In this document: in pieces, positions 1-13,008 of the stretch
Position numbering within the stretch: the first letter of the stretch is position 1
How the letters are laid out: the number at the start of each line of letters is the position of its first letter
Assembly (NCBI GenBank): GCA_013265495.1
Contig: MU057999.1
Coordinates: 1,054,001-1,110,390, forward strand
From: Vicugna vicugna
Taxonomy: Eukaryota
Length of the DNA stretch: 56,390 nt
Direction: 5' to 3'
The notes under the pieces: generated by a model
What the model saw: only the letters and a program-made list of their open reading frames with translations
Database searches by the model: none
Told to the model about the DNA's origin: nothing
Position numbers and translations under genes: made by a program

Positions 1-597
1 GGTCTCTGCGTGAATCTCCCTGGTGTCTTGTCTTCATGCACCAAAGCTTGCGTGATGTGAATACTCATCTCTCCAGGTGTTCTGGCAGCCTGTCCTACAG
101 AGGAACACTTCCACTTCCATGCACGCCCTGTGCGGATTCCAGGTTGGGAGATTTTTATGCAGGAGGCCAGCATATATTGGGGCTTATGAAGGGGTCACTC
201 CTATCCCTCAAGCCTTGAGTTCTACACCCATGAAGAAAAGACAAGGAATCCAATAGGTGTGCCCTGTTATTGATGCTAAAGCGGGCTGGAGGATGCAGCT
301 TGGTCCTGAGAACAAAAGGGCTTGTAGCCAGGTCCTCCATCCTCCTCTTGCTTGGCACATAGGACTCAACGAAGGAAAACCCTAGTAGGGACGACTGAAA
401 GAGGAGTTGGGGACAGGTTGCCGTCTTCATCCATCATTTGTTCTCTGAATGGATTGGAGCACGGAGATTTAGGGTTGAGGGAGGAGACAGAGATGCATGT
501 ATGTGATGAGGTTGGAAACACCCCAAAAGCGGATGAAGGGAGGCTGGGCAAGGCACTTCTGTCCCGCCTCACCAGGCCTTTCTTTGTCTCCCTACAG

Positions 598-933
598 GTG
601 TCCCATCAGGTCCCCGCAATGTCATCTCCATCGTCAATGAGACATCCATCATTCTGGAGTGGCACCCGCCTCGGGAGACGGGTGGGCGGGATGATGTGAC
701 CTACAACATCATCTGTAAAAAGTGCCGGGCAGACCGCCGGAGCTGCTCTCGCTGCGACGACAACGTGGAGTTCGTGCCCAGGCAGCTGGGCTTGACCGAG
801 TGCCGCGTCTCCATCAGCAGCCTGTGGGCCCACACGCCCTACACCTTCGACATCCAGGCCGTCAATGGCGTGTCCAGCAAGAGTCCCTTCCCCCCGCAGC
901 ACGTCTCCGTCAACATCACCACAAACCAAGCTG
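598..933 (+). CDS. EPHB1: EPH receptor B1, internal exon (exon 5 by human analogy), first fibronectin type III domain
   Basis: Acceptor tttgtctccctacag|, donor |gtaagt; 336 bp, phase 1-1. Translates (S)VPSGPRNVISIVNETSIILEWHPPRETGGRDDVTYNIICKKCRADRRSCSRCDDNVEFVPRQLGLTECRVSISSLWAHTPYTFDIQAVNGVSSKSPFPPQHVSVNITTNQA, recognised as EphB1. Confidence 0.97.
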
Positions 934-1241
934 GTAAGTCTGTAGGCATCTGCATCCCTTCTGTCTGTCTGCCTGGCCAGTTCTTAGCAATCTCTGTGCG
1001 GGAACAAAGCTGCAGCCACGCCCATCGCAGCAGTCTGCCCTCAGGCCTCCCTGCAGGGGTGAAGGTATCAGGCGATGGGCTTTTGTGAGCCTGGAGGAAG
1101 CAGGTGTAGTGTTCCACCTCTAAAGGTGAACCTGGATTCTGACGGATTTTCTTGTGTCCAGTATAAAAGCCAAGATGTGTATCCCAACCAGGGTAGGACC
1201 CAGTGCTCCGCCCCTGGCTGGGGCTCAACGATGTCCTTGGA

Positions 1242-1310
1242 AGGATGGATGGACCCACAGACGGATGGGTGGTAGGTGGACAGACAGATGGACAGATGGA
1301 CAGATGGATG
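1242..1310. repeat. Imperfect (GATG/GACA)n simple repeat
   Basis: ggatggatgg...gacagacagatggacagatggacagatggatg. Confidence 0.7.
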
Positions 1311-1725
1311 CACGAACTTGAGAATACAGGGGCCGCTAATTAGAAAGCCCCATGAAAGAGACCTCCCAGAAATCCTGTGATACTCAGTATTGCCTTCATA
1401 GATTATTTTTCAGTTAAACCCACGTAATTCGAGAGTGTGTTCTCCTCTACAGCCTCCTCAGATGAACACTGCGCTGTTAAGAGACTTCAGGTGGTTGGCA
1501 ATAGATCATGCCTGACCGCTGGTACATCCTCGTGGCACACACAGCTCAGAACACATTTGCTTCTCTTCTCTTTGTTTCCCTCTCCTTTACACTTCTGACC
1601 TTTTCTCCTTATTGCTTTTCACACCTTTTGCAAACATCCATTTCTTTTTATACCCATTTAACCAGTCCATTCATGCACTCCCTCACTTATTTATTTACTC
1701 ACTCATTTATTTATTTACTAACTCA

Positions 1726-1881
1726 TTTTTTTCTTTTCTTGGAGGGGAGGTAATTAGGATTTATTTATTCATTTATTCATTTATTTACTTACTTATTTAT
1801 TTTTAATGGGGGTACTGGGGATTGAACCCAGGACCTCGTGCATGCTAAGCGAGTGCTCTGCCACTGAGCTGTACCCTCCCC
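1726..1881 (-). mobile_element. tRNA-derived SINE, camelid Vic-1-like
   Basis: Reverse complement reads ggggagggtacagctcagtggcagagc...gtcctgggttcaatccccagtacc (A/B-box-like head), then a (TAAA)n tail and cctaattacc. Confidence 0.9.
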
Positions 1882-3856
1882 ATTTACTCATTATGAAGAG
1901 ACAGTTATTCAGCATCTCTTGTGTGTACAGCTGTGGATTAGACACTGTGAGGGATACAGTGATGCTTAGACACCATTGCTCCTCCCATGAAACTCATTAA
2001 CTGAAAAATTTCCAGGACCTCGACACAAAGTGCAAAGCTGCAAGGGGGTGGATTCTAAGCACCGTGTGCTGGACAGATGCAGCAAGTGACAAAGGAATGA
2101 GAGAGAAATGAGCAATCTCTCCCCTGGGGTGAGGGTGCCGGGCTGCAGAGGGGAAGTGAGCATCACGTCTATAGGCAGTGATGAGGGCCGTAGGTGGTGG
2201 ACCATGATCTTTGGAATTATGGGTTTTTCTCAATCCACAAATTCTAAAAGGACAGCTTGTGAGGGGACTAGCGGGAGCCGAGCGTTTCTCTTCGCTCTCT
2301 CTCCCTCCGTGTAGCTCCCAACTCTTGACCTCTTCTATCCTACTCCATCCTTTCTGACTCCTCACCTCCCCATGCTCAGTCTCATTCTGCCTCTTTCAAT
2401 ACGAGGCATTTTGGACGGCAGATGATTCTGGGGTTTAAGCTGTCAGAACAGAGAAGAAAAAAGGTGTCGTCGGAGAGCATGGCTGTCCAGATGGCTGCGT
2501 GGTTGCTGTGAGCGTGTGTGTGTTCTTGTGTGCGTGTTTGTATGTATGCTTTTGGTCACGTGTTTACATGCATACGTGTGTAGTGAGAAAGTAAGAGTGG
2601 AAGTGTGGAAGCCTCCAGCTGGTGACCGCAGCCCCAGCGCCATGGAGACAAAGGTTGTGACGATCTCCCTTTATCCAGCGAGAAGAGAATGGTAATTTCT
2701 GCATCATGTTGAGCACGTAACATCGGTAGCCTTTGTTAGCAGTATTTCCCTTGGAGAGTTGAAGGCAGAAAACTGGCTGAAATATTTTAGTGTCCCAGCT
2801 TCTGGGAAGAATAATCCTGCCAGGCTGTCATGTTACGCCGAGCTTGGCTGTCTTCTCTCTCTCTCTAAGCATGTGTGAACAAACCTGCCACTTATATTGG
2901 TTTGCTTTGATTTCTGCCCCTCCCTCCCCTTCCCCTACTATTCCCGAACCTGCCCATCTGCTTGTCTTGCCATCTGCACCTTCCCAGGCTGCAGCAGAGC
3001 CGAGGGACCCTGCATTACCAATATCCAAAATATTTATCTTTGTCCTCACCCATGTGCCTCTCCAGGAACATTTCTCATGCCCTTTGTTCCCCCTCCAATG
3101 GGCCCTTTCTTCTTAACCTTCCCTGGTTTCATAGTCCCAGCCCCACTGTCACCTTTCAATCTATGATTTCTCTTTGGGAATTCTGGAATTTGGGTGTCAG
3201 AGAGTTTACAGTCAATGAGAGAAGCATGCAGCTGCTTCTTGGTGGCATACGGCTATTATAAAATCAAGGTCAAGTTAACCAGCAGTTCCCGATCTGTGGG
3301 CGGTGGGGCTCTGAGGAACACAGTGCTGTCACACTGCTTTGGTGAATCTACACGTGAATGTAAATTACTTTCAGCCAACAGATAATTTGTTTTAAAAAAG
3401 AACTTTCAAAATCAACATTTGAGCCTGTCCCTCTGCAAGAACAGTTTAGAAACATGAATGGAAGCCCCAGATTGTATAAGAGATGAAAGACAGACAAAAC
3501 AGCAGGCAGCATAAACCCCTAACGGCTCACTCAGCTCCATTAAGGGAGGAGGTGGATGAACCCGAGGATCACCAGGACGTCATGACATGTCTAACCACGT
3601 TCCAGGGCACCCTGAGCTCTTCCGCTCTGGGTGAGAGCCAGGTCCTCCCCACCCTGACCTTAGGATACAGTGTGACCCCTGTCAGTGCCTGTCCCACTGT
3701 TTGGGTTATGAGTAGGTAGATGACAAGGAAAGAATTGGACCAAGAGCAGTCCAGAATCAATCATTAAGTCAGCTGATAAGTGTCTATCCTGTGCCTAGAA
3801 GTGCCCCAGCTGCGCAGGGGACTATGGAGTGGGTCCTGATTGAGGAGTAGAGACTA

Positions 3857-4005
3857 ATAGTTATCATAGCCAACACCTCATGTTTGTGTCTTTTGTGTTG
3901 ACAGAGAACTTTGGAACACATGGACTCATTTGATTTCATAATTACCCTATGACTTAGGCATTATTGTTCTCATTTTTCCAGTAAGGAAGCAGAGGCTTAA
4001 AGGGG
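3857..4005 (-). mobile_element. MIR fragment
   Basis: ctcatttgatttcacaattaccctatga...attattgttctcatttttccagtaaggaagcagaggctt resembles the MIR core. Confidence 0.6.
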
Positions 4006-7000
4006 CTTGAGGCTTAAAGGATTAGAGGAGGGTCAGCAGGACATCCCTTCTCTGTTTCTGCCTTCTGTTTCCTGCCCTAAAATGGGAACAGTCCTCTATG
4101 CTCCCCATGGCATAGCCTCCAAGCTCAGAAGGATTATTCAGAGCCAGCCAGTGCCATCCTGCCGAGAGGAGGGGACCTCAGTGGGCAGTCTGGTGACCCT
4201 TCCACAGTTTTCTCTGTGACACTGAACCATGAAAAGCTTTCCCCTGCCTCTGGGTGGCTGGGAGATGGGTGTGTGTTCATTGAGGGGTGTAAGTTATTCC
4301 CAAAGTGAACTGGATCCTGACAATGGATGTAAGGGTCACATGAGAGAATGGTTTGGACAAGTTGATTGCCAAGGGATTTGGACTTGATCTGACATCAGAC
4401 TCTGTCTTGAGAGGCTGTTTGGGGCTGGTCCTTCCTCTGTTTGGGAGCTGCGGACTACATCTGTGGTGTTGGTGCTGTCCAGCTGAGGCAGGGTGTCCTA
4501 CTCGTCTTTCCTGGGGCTGCCCAGCTGTGCCATATCGATGCTGCTTTGTGCTGCTTTCACGAGCTCTGCCCAGTGGAGGCGGGCAGCTCATTGTAGCTGA
4601 TCTAGGTATCTGACAGAAAGGGCTATGGTTGGCATCAGTGCGTTAGAGAAAGTAACCAGTAGTCTTCTCTTGACCCTAGGGTTGTGATCTAAGGAGATTT
4701 TGTAGTCATCTTTTGGTTCACTGATTACACATTAGATACAGTTCTTCTCTTGGAGGCAAGCATGACGGAGGACACCAAAGGGTCTGTTGAGTCCTGAGAT
4801 CCAGAGAGCCTCCATCTCCTTCCATGATGACCCCAGTCAGGTATACAGCCAGACTACATAAGGATCTTGTATCACCTGGAGAGCATCAGGGTAGGATGCT
4901 CACCCAGTCCATCAGTGGTGGCAGAGAACTACCATATTTGAGCACCTCCAATGTGCCAAGCCCCTACCAAGCTCTTTACAAAGACAAGGTTGGCTAGAAA
5001 CTGGGGTCAGAGTGCTTTTAGAACTTGCCCAGCATCTCACAGCCAGCAAATGATGTTTCTTGGTTTCCTGCTCAGGTTTGTGGCTATTTTATCCTCAGAC
5101 TGATCAAAAATTGCATTATGGTGAGCTGTGTAAGTTGTAAGCTCTCTCTAAGCTATTGCCACATAGCTGGGCCACTTTAGCTGTCAAAAAAATGTCCATC
5201 ATCTTTGGTCAGGATTGGTCATGAATTATGCAAGCTCGGATTTATGTGAGGTCTTTTGGGATACAGCCTTGCACTGAATGCAGCTGCCTTGAGTTTAAAA
5301 TTGATCAGATTGGGTGGAACTCTCTCTGTTCCAGTGGCCAAGCGATCTGCAGAGAGGTTGTTAACACCACTAACTTCTGCAGTCACTCTCTGGCACCTGG
5401 CCCCAGGTTCAGACTGATGGCCAGATCATCTGGCTGTCAGAGAGAATTAAAGTGAATGACAAACTTTACTTCTCTTTTCTGCCAACTAGACTCAGAGTGT
5501 CAGAATGGGGGAAGAGGACCTCAGAGGAAATCTTCGAAAAAATAAGTGAGACAAATCAGACCAGCACATCTGTGAAATCAACTTGTAGCAAGGTAAAATC
5601 AAGTCCGTAAATTTGGGACCAGACAAGCCAGAGAGAACAAGCTCAAAGACCCAGGAAGCCAGGCAGGTAACGGAGAGGAGCAAAGCAGGGCCAAGTCAGG
5701 TAATAGGGAGTGGTGGGGACTACGGTGAACTGAAGAGAAAGGGGAGGGGGAGCCTGCTCAGTCCAGATCTTATAAACTGCAGATCCCGATGAAATATGTT
5801 GACAACTAATTAGAAAATTTCAAAACACTTGAGAGCCCAACAGATCCAACTCTGGACTTGGCCTTGTGGCTGTGGTTTGCAACTGCTGATTCAGAGGGCT
5901 CACTGCTATACCCAGGCTTGCGTGGTGAGCGTGCTGTGTTGTTCCATCTCATTGCGCTGTGGGGCAGTCACCTTCCTTGCCTCCTGGACTCCTGGTGAAG
6001 TGGTGCGGAGGGGAGTGGGGTCCCGGGGTGGGTTCCTCTTGCTGCTGCTCCTCACGTGACTCATGCAAGTTCACTGAATTGCCATGCTCCCTCCTTTACC
6101 GACTGTAAGATGGGACTAATCACACCTGCTTCCTAGTGCTGTGTGACAAGTGAAGGAGACAGGCTAGAAAATCACTTTGCAAACCATGTGATGGACTGGG
6201 GATGAGCATCATTTCAGAGACGATGTCCTGAGCCAGACAGCAATTTGCTGGACATTTATTTTTTCCTAGGCTGTTTTCTTCCAGGGAATCTCAGTCTCTT
6301 TGGGACTAATGTCCTCCGGAGCAAAGAAATGACAGGTATTGGCTTCTCCGTTCTTCAGAGAAGGAAGGCGTAGGCACCAGGAAGGAGAAGTAGTGAAATC
6401 TGTGTCCCAGGGAGTTAAGGAAGAGGGCAGGAATGGGGCACAGAACCCATGTACTTGTTACAGGTTCGTCCAGCCGCTCAGACGAGCCTGACTATTTTTC
6501 CGTGTCATATGTTTGGAGAAACAACACTTGGCCCTTCCTTTTCAGGTTGCGTCGGCAGCATTTATATTTGACATTTATATTACGCACAGTTCATTGCCTG
6601 TGGAATACCAACACATTCCTCCTGCCCACAGCAAGCCATTATGTAACTTTGTTTAAAAAAATACTACACTACTCTGGTAATAGTCATAAGCCCCTATAGC
6701 TTGTCCTCATTCAAGGCATTTTTGAAGTTCCTAGACAATTAAAGTCACTCAGAGATGCCACTTTTCCCACAAATGAATTACTAGCCCACCAGTTCCTCTG
6801 AGCATATCACCTAATTTGCATGATTCCTTGGTTAAATATAGTATTTGCATACATAAAGAATAATCCTTACATAGGAAAAAGAATTTTATGATACTGCAAT
6901 ATATTGAGCTCTTTGGAGGAAAGATATTATGTAAATCTCAAAATTAAATATTAAAACAATATTACATTGCTGCCTGTAAAAATTTAGAGTGTTAAGATCT

Positions 7001-7879
7001 ATTGGCTGAATCTAGTCCATTTTTAAGGGCGGGTCTCATTGGAAATGAGCAGGTGAAATTTGCTCCCAAGCAGAGAAAAGATTGAGTCAAAACTGCAAAA
7101 AAAGACTAGAATGACTTTAAGGTAAACTTTCATTGAAGTGAGTAAGGAAAAGTTAAAAAAAAAAAACCTTAAGTAAATGAAAATTTCACTGTTCTTAATT
7201 CAAGTTCATAGTTCATTGCTTTCTTCTCATTGTTAGTTCCCAAAAGGTTGTTTTTCTTGTTTCTGAAGCCCTGGCATTGAGAAGAAACTTCCAAGCTGCC
7301 TCAGAGAGGTCCTGCCATCGGCAGACAGCATTTGTTGTCTGTTGGGCTGAGCAGGTCAGTACGTAAGCCTTGACCTTGACCAAAGTCATGGCCTTACACT
7401 CCGGGCAGCCTTGATTCTCCACTAGATGGTGAGCTCTGCAGAGAATCAGACTTTCCAACCTACTCCAGCATCATGAGGGAGGACCACACAGCACTAGGCA
7501 CAGAGCCTGATAAATACTTTCCAGGTTCCTTTAGTCCCTGCTTATGTGCTTTAGTATATAAATGTTTGGTTGATGTGTAGTGATCAGAATATGGCCTCGT
7601 GGTCCACCTGTGGGCAAGTGATCCCTGCAGCTCAGCTAAAGGACCAGGTATCTTCTTCCTCTGTGGCTCCAAGGAGGAAAAACCTAAGGGAATGATCTTA
7701 GGATGTTCCCAGGAGCCCTGATGCTCTCAGAGGAACATGGTGAAATTCAACTGCATTCAAAGGGGGGTCTGCTTGTTGGTTTGTTTAAGCACACTAACTT
7801 TGGAAATGCACTCATTCATTCCACTGGTCTCTGTGACTACTTCCCTGTGCTGGCCCTTTGGCTCCTGCTTCTAGGGGTT

Positions 7880-8005
7880 CCCATTCACTTACTCAGCAGA
7901 TATTCCTCGAGGCCTTCCGTGTGCCATTCACGGCTCCAGACACCGGGAACACAAGAGCAAACAGCACAGATAAGAGCCCGTGCCTTGGGGAGTTCACATT
8001 CTGGT
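7880..8005 (-). mobile_element. L2 3' end fragment
   Basis: cattcacttactcagcagatatt...cccgtgccttggggagttcacattctgg resembles the antisense L2 tail. Confidence 0.5.
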
Positions 8006-8849
8006 CCCCAGAACCCACTGTGGCTGGGATCGGAGGCCCAGAAAGTCACCAAGGGAGCAGGTGACTGTCTGGGAAGCAACTTGGGAGGGAGGGCTTGAGT
8101 TGGGCTCTGGGTACCACAACCCACTGCAGTGACAAACCTCCCTTTGCAGAAGTTAGGATGCAATCCCCTGCCGTTGCTGGAGACCATTTTAGTCTGGAGT
8201 GGTTGTTGCCACACAGTGACGGTATCAAGGTGGGTGTTTTATTGTTCATGATCTGAACTTCTCAAAGATGGACATCACCTGCTGAGCCCTGCTGAGCTGG
8301 GTGTAGGCATGCTGCCTGCTCTTTGCCCTGAGAGTGCCTAGGGATGCTGTTGACGGCTTGAGGACGGTTACGTTGTGACCAGAGGGCCCCACCAGTCCCA
8401 GGGACTGCATGCTCATTTTATCCCATCCTGGGCCAGGCCCTCAAAGTACCTTAGTACCTGGCTTGTTAAGTGAAAACGGGATTGCTGGAGTGAGATGTAG
8501 CAAATTCCTTTCCTTGTTCAAAGTCCAAATGAGATTGTTACCACCCTCATTACAGAGGGAACCTCTTGTTGAATTACGAGACAGCTTCCCTTTGACTTGT
8601 GGGCCTGGCCAAGGGGGTGGGAGGGAGGAGGAGTCCAGTGATGAGTCTTCCCCTCCCTCCCCCGGCAAAGGTCAGTTCCCTGAGCTGCCTGTCATCTCCA
8701 GGAGACCATGCCCTGCATCCATCTTAGTGGCTCCTGTTCCCCAGTGTCTAGCCAGGGGCCTGAAATAACAGCATTCAAGAAATGCTCATTGAATGAATTA
8801 AGAAATTATCGCATGCATGTATGAATGGGTGCTTCAATCTCTTTAAAAA

Positions 8850-9228
8850 TTTTTTTTCTCCTTTAACTTTATTTTTTATTGAACTGTAGTTGATTTACAA
8901 TGTTCATTTCAGGTGTACAGCAAAGTGATTCAGTTATACATATACATACATACATACACACACACATATTTTCAGATTCTTTTCCATTATAGTTCATTGC
9001 AAGATATTGAATATAGTTCCCTGTGCTGTACAGTAGGAGTTTGTTGTTTATCTATTTTATGTGTAGTAGTTTGTATCTGCAAATCCCAACTCTTAATTTA
9101 TCCCTCCCCCTCCCCTTTCCCCTCTGGTAACCATAGTTTGTTTTCTAAGTCTGTGAGTCTATTTCTGGTTTGTATATAAAATTTGTATCTTTTTTAGACT
9201 CTACATGTGAGTGATATCACCTGATATT
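8850..9228 (-). mobile_element. 5'-truncated L1 (3' UTR), cetartiodactyl-type
   Basis: T-rich tail followed by gttgatttacaatgtt...ggtgtacagcaaagtgattcagttata...gaatatagttccctgtgctgtacagtagg; homologous to the L1 ends at 16.9 kb and 33.6 kb. Confidence 0.85.
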
Positions 9229-12200
9229 TGTCCCCTCAGTCTTTCTTAAACTCATCTCAGGCATCAGCAAATGGTGCGGCTTGCACTCTCCCTGAGAGCT
9301 TTCCTTCCTCGGGCGTCTCTGGGCGGGTGCTCTCAGCTAAGACCCCACGTTCTTCCAGATGTTGGGGAGACCTGGACTTCCTGGGTGCACTGTCCTCCCA
9401 AAACACAGCCCTGTGGAAGACACCCTGATCAGCCCGGGCTGCCCCCTCCCCGCAGGCAGGGCCCCAGCTGCTCCGGCAGGCCCCAGCGGGGGTGTCGGGG
9501 TGGCATTCCGACGCAGCTCTCTGTCCACCTGCACGCCAGCTCCGCGCCTATCATTTTCACAGCACCATCCATGTTAAACAGGCAGGAGCACCAGGGGTTT
9601 TTGAATGCAGCAATTAACAAAACAGTAATCAAGCTAAGTGTTTAATTTCAGAAAATTAACATCTTCTCTGAGCGGATGTGAAAGATGGAGGGAAAAAGGC
9701 ACATTCAATATTCTGGGTAAATAAAGGCAAACGCCAGAGCCACAAATATTTTCCAGTGCAAGGGGGACTCTTTGCCAACCCTCTGGCCTTGGGGTCTGTT
9801 TCCTTCTGAGAGCAGAGCCGTAGGACAACGTCTGCTATAGAATTGAGCCCTAAGAATTCAAAATGTGTACGTTTCTTTTCTTCTCTTTTTATTCCCCCCC
9901 CTTTTTTCCTCTCAGACAGAGAAAATGCTTTATCTATCCAAAAGAGCTCAGGGGAACAAGCACACATTCCTGCCCCTGTGAGCCTGTCTGCCCCAGACAA
10001 GACCCTGGTGTGTGTATTGCCCCTCTGAGCCATAATAGTTACAAGGACGACGTAATGAGTTCCTGAGTGTGCATGAGTTTTTGGCATGCGTGGGCCGTAT
10101 TTCTCCTGATAGACTAAGGGCTCCAGAGGGAAAAGGCTAGGGCTCCTTGCTCACATCCCCTTGCACCTCCACATGGTGTCTGTCCTCTGTCCCAGGGTAG
10201 CCTGGCATGCCTGATATAATGTTCACCCTCTACTGACACCTCATTAACCCAGTGGGCTGGCTTTGTTTGCAGGAACAGGTTTGCATGTGGGGAAGGGCTC
10301 TTGTGAAGAGGTGCATGTGTGAGAGGGAGCTGGATGAAGACAGGACCTCCTGGTGTCTATTGGCTCATCTGGTGTTCTAGAAAGGTGGGAGGGCAAGGAG
10401 GGCAAGGATAGTGGCTTTGCAGGAGGCTGGCAGTGAGATCTGAGGCACACGTAAGCAGCCATGAGGCTCCCGAGGAGGTGCTGTAGCTCAGCTGGGCGGT
10501 GGGCTGGGTCAGGGGGTTGAGTGGGGCCCTGCCTGAGGAGACACAGGCCCACAGCCCCACAGGGAGGGCGCTGGGAGTCTGGCTTAGTGGGCAGCTTTCC
10601 TAGGAGGTTCTTGCAGGCAGCAGACATGGAAAACAAAGAAACCAAAGCAAGAGAAGGAGTGGATGGTTTGCAAAGGCGTGAGAGACATGCCGGGGGCTCC
10701 CAGAAGTGCACAAGGATGGCGAGTTCAGTTCTGCACATGCGCGACTTGGGGAGGTTCTGAGCACCCAAGTCGAGGTGTTATTTATGCAGTTGGACATTCA
10801 GGCTTCTATCTTCTCTGTAGGTGGGAGATAAGCTTGGTGCTGAGTGTGAAAGAGGAGGCACTGGGGTTGAAGGTTTAAGAAAAAAATTTTAAGTTTGGCA
10901 GTCTGTTGCCCAGAATGGGAGAAGGAATGGTCCAGAGAAATTCAGCAGTTTCAGAAAGGGTTTTGAAGGCTCATCCGAAGTCAGTGATCTTGTATTTACA
11001 TAGCTGCCCACCTGCCCGGTTCTGTGACTTTCTCAGCAGCGCCCGGCTGTTCTGAGCAGACCCTGAGTTTTACTGTTGCACCCTGTGGCAGGGTAGAGGC
11101 AGCTCACAACCCAGGCTAAGGGGGGCATTGTCAGTTCCATCATTGCCGAATAGAACCCACACTGAAGAATGGGGACAGGAACTAGGAAAGGGCTCTGCAC
11201 TGGGAGGAAGCGAAGGCCGAGGGCCAGAGGAGGCGGAGGGGGGCGGCGGGCTCGTCAGAGGCGGCCCTGGGTGGAAGCTTGCGTTCCAGAAGCATACTTG
11301 AATGCGCGGCTTTGAAAAGGGAGCAGCTTCAGGTGAAGCCTAGCCCAAGTGCCCGGCAGGAGAGGGCAGACAGGGAAGCGCTGTGGGGGTCGGGGAAGCG
11401 AGAGTGCGCTGTTCAGGCAGACATTGGAGTCACCCACAGGGGCAAGGCTCAGGTTGAGAAGGAGACAGTGGACGCGCAAGGCTTCAGTGAGTCGGGGAGC
11501 GGTGGTGGGTAGGTAGCGTGCTGGGCGGTCCCAAGTGCAGGGAGCAGCGGCCCCACCGGCTGGCATCCGTAAAGAAGGTGCAGGAGATGCCGAGCAGTGG
11601 TAGACGGGAACAAGGACACCGCCCACCTCCTGATCCTGAGATGTGTCGGGTATAACGTCATAAACGGCCACCGTTGAGAGCGCGGCAGGGCAGAGGTGTC
11701 TGCAGGGAGACCCACTGCTTCCTACGGTGGCCATTGGAGGGAATGTTCTGGAAAGAGCCAGGTGGAGGCCACAGGGGAGTTTCCTGATTCTGGATCAGCC
11801 ATTTGGAGGGTGCGGGGCAGAGGCGTGCATCACGGTGGAGGGGAAGTCAGGGTTAAGAGGAAGGAGGGATGGTGGTGTGCAGGGAGGGGCTCAGAGCTGG
11901 GCTTTGCAGATGGAATCCTGCCTGCAGAAAGGGGGGCTCTTGGTGCTAAGGCCAGAAGACTTTGACCTCTAGGCCTGGGGAGGGTTGTCACAGTGGCTGC
12001 AGCCGCAGCTCCCCCACCTGGTGTTGGTGGTGGTGGTGTCAGGCTTCGGGGGGGGTGGTGTGTTCCCTGGCTGTGGTGGGTGCTCTGCTGAATGTATGTG
12101 AGTGAGAACCAGGGAGTCACGGGGCGCACAAGGCTGTGTGCTCACCCCTCTGGCCTCTCAGTGCTGACGTTTCTAATGAACTGCCTTCTGTGATCAAAAG

Positions 12201-12857
12201 GTCATTGCTCAAGTCCCACACCAGAAAGGATGACAGGCCTGTGGGAGACAGAGAGGAGCCATGTGCCTCAGCTTCCATCAGAGCCACCCTGGGGCACCTG
12301 CCTAGGATGGGTGCCATCTGGCAAGAACCCCCATTGCTCAAGGTTGCTTCACAGCCTCCTACCACTACAGGGCACAGCACTCCCATTGCTGCCTTTTTCT
12401 GGTTCCCCTAGCAGGAAGAAGGAACAGAGAGAAAATGCCAGGCAGGGGTGATCCCGGGGGCAGAGGGATCCCAGGACACCAGTAGCCAGGATGCCTCGCC
12501 CTCCTGCCATAGGGCTCTGCACACGCCCACCTCTCTGTGGGGACCCAGATCTCTTTGAGGGATCAGAGGTCCAGAGGACAGTGCCCACCCATGAATGAGG
12601 GGACCCTGACTGCAATGCTCAGCATGCTGGGCAACCCCCGCCCAGGGCTCTGACAGTGCTGGGTGCTTGAGTGTAGATGGAGGGGAGAGAGCCGGCATCC
12701 ATCTCAGGGACAGGAGCTGGGCTGTTTCTGCCCTGCTCTAGCCCGCTGGGGACCTCCGGGAGTCACTTTCTCTTTCCATAACTTGTAAGAATTGACAGAA
12801 AACTGAATAACCTCAGCTATCCTTTTAAAATTTAGCATTCTAATTTCTAGATTTCTA

Positions 12858-13008
12858 GACAGTTTTCAAACTTGAGTTTGCATCAGAATCCCCTGGAGGG
12901 CTTGTTAAAACTCAGGCCCCACCTCCAGAGTTTCTCATTCAGTAGGGCTGGGGTATTTCTTACCAGTTCCCAGGTGATGCTGATCCGGGAGCTCGTTTTG
13001 GGAATTAG
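12858..13008. mobile_element. MER5A-like hAT-Charlie MITE
   Basis: ttttcaaacttgagtttgcatcagaatcccctggagggcttgttaaaac...agttcccaggtgatgctgat. Confidence 0.75.

Noticed and set aside
598..609. In-frame alternative acceptor (CATCAG) 12 nt into exon 5
   Set aside because: The upstream TACAG acceptor has a strong pyrimidine tract, and the deletion would remove conserved FN3 start residues; nothing suggests use.
934..1088. Exon 5 read-through of about 51 codons (EphA7TR-like soluble form)
   Set aside because: The donor GTAAGT is perfect consensus and I saw no nearby sense AATAAA; the ORF length is compatible with chance.
1806..2000. tRNA gene or small protein (MGVLGIEPRTSCML...)
   Set aside because: Antisense translation of a tRNA-derived SINE; the same peptide recurs at other copies and there is no intact cloverleaf.
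11221..11980. GC-rich region with several overlapping ORFs, possible CpG-island promoter
   Set aside because: No recognisable protein; the purine-rich sequence is more like a decayed antisense L2 interior and CpG density is moderate.
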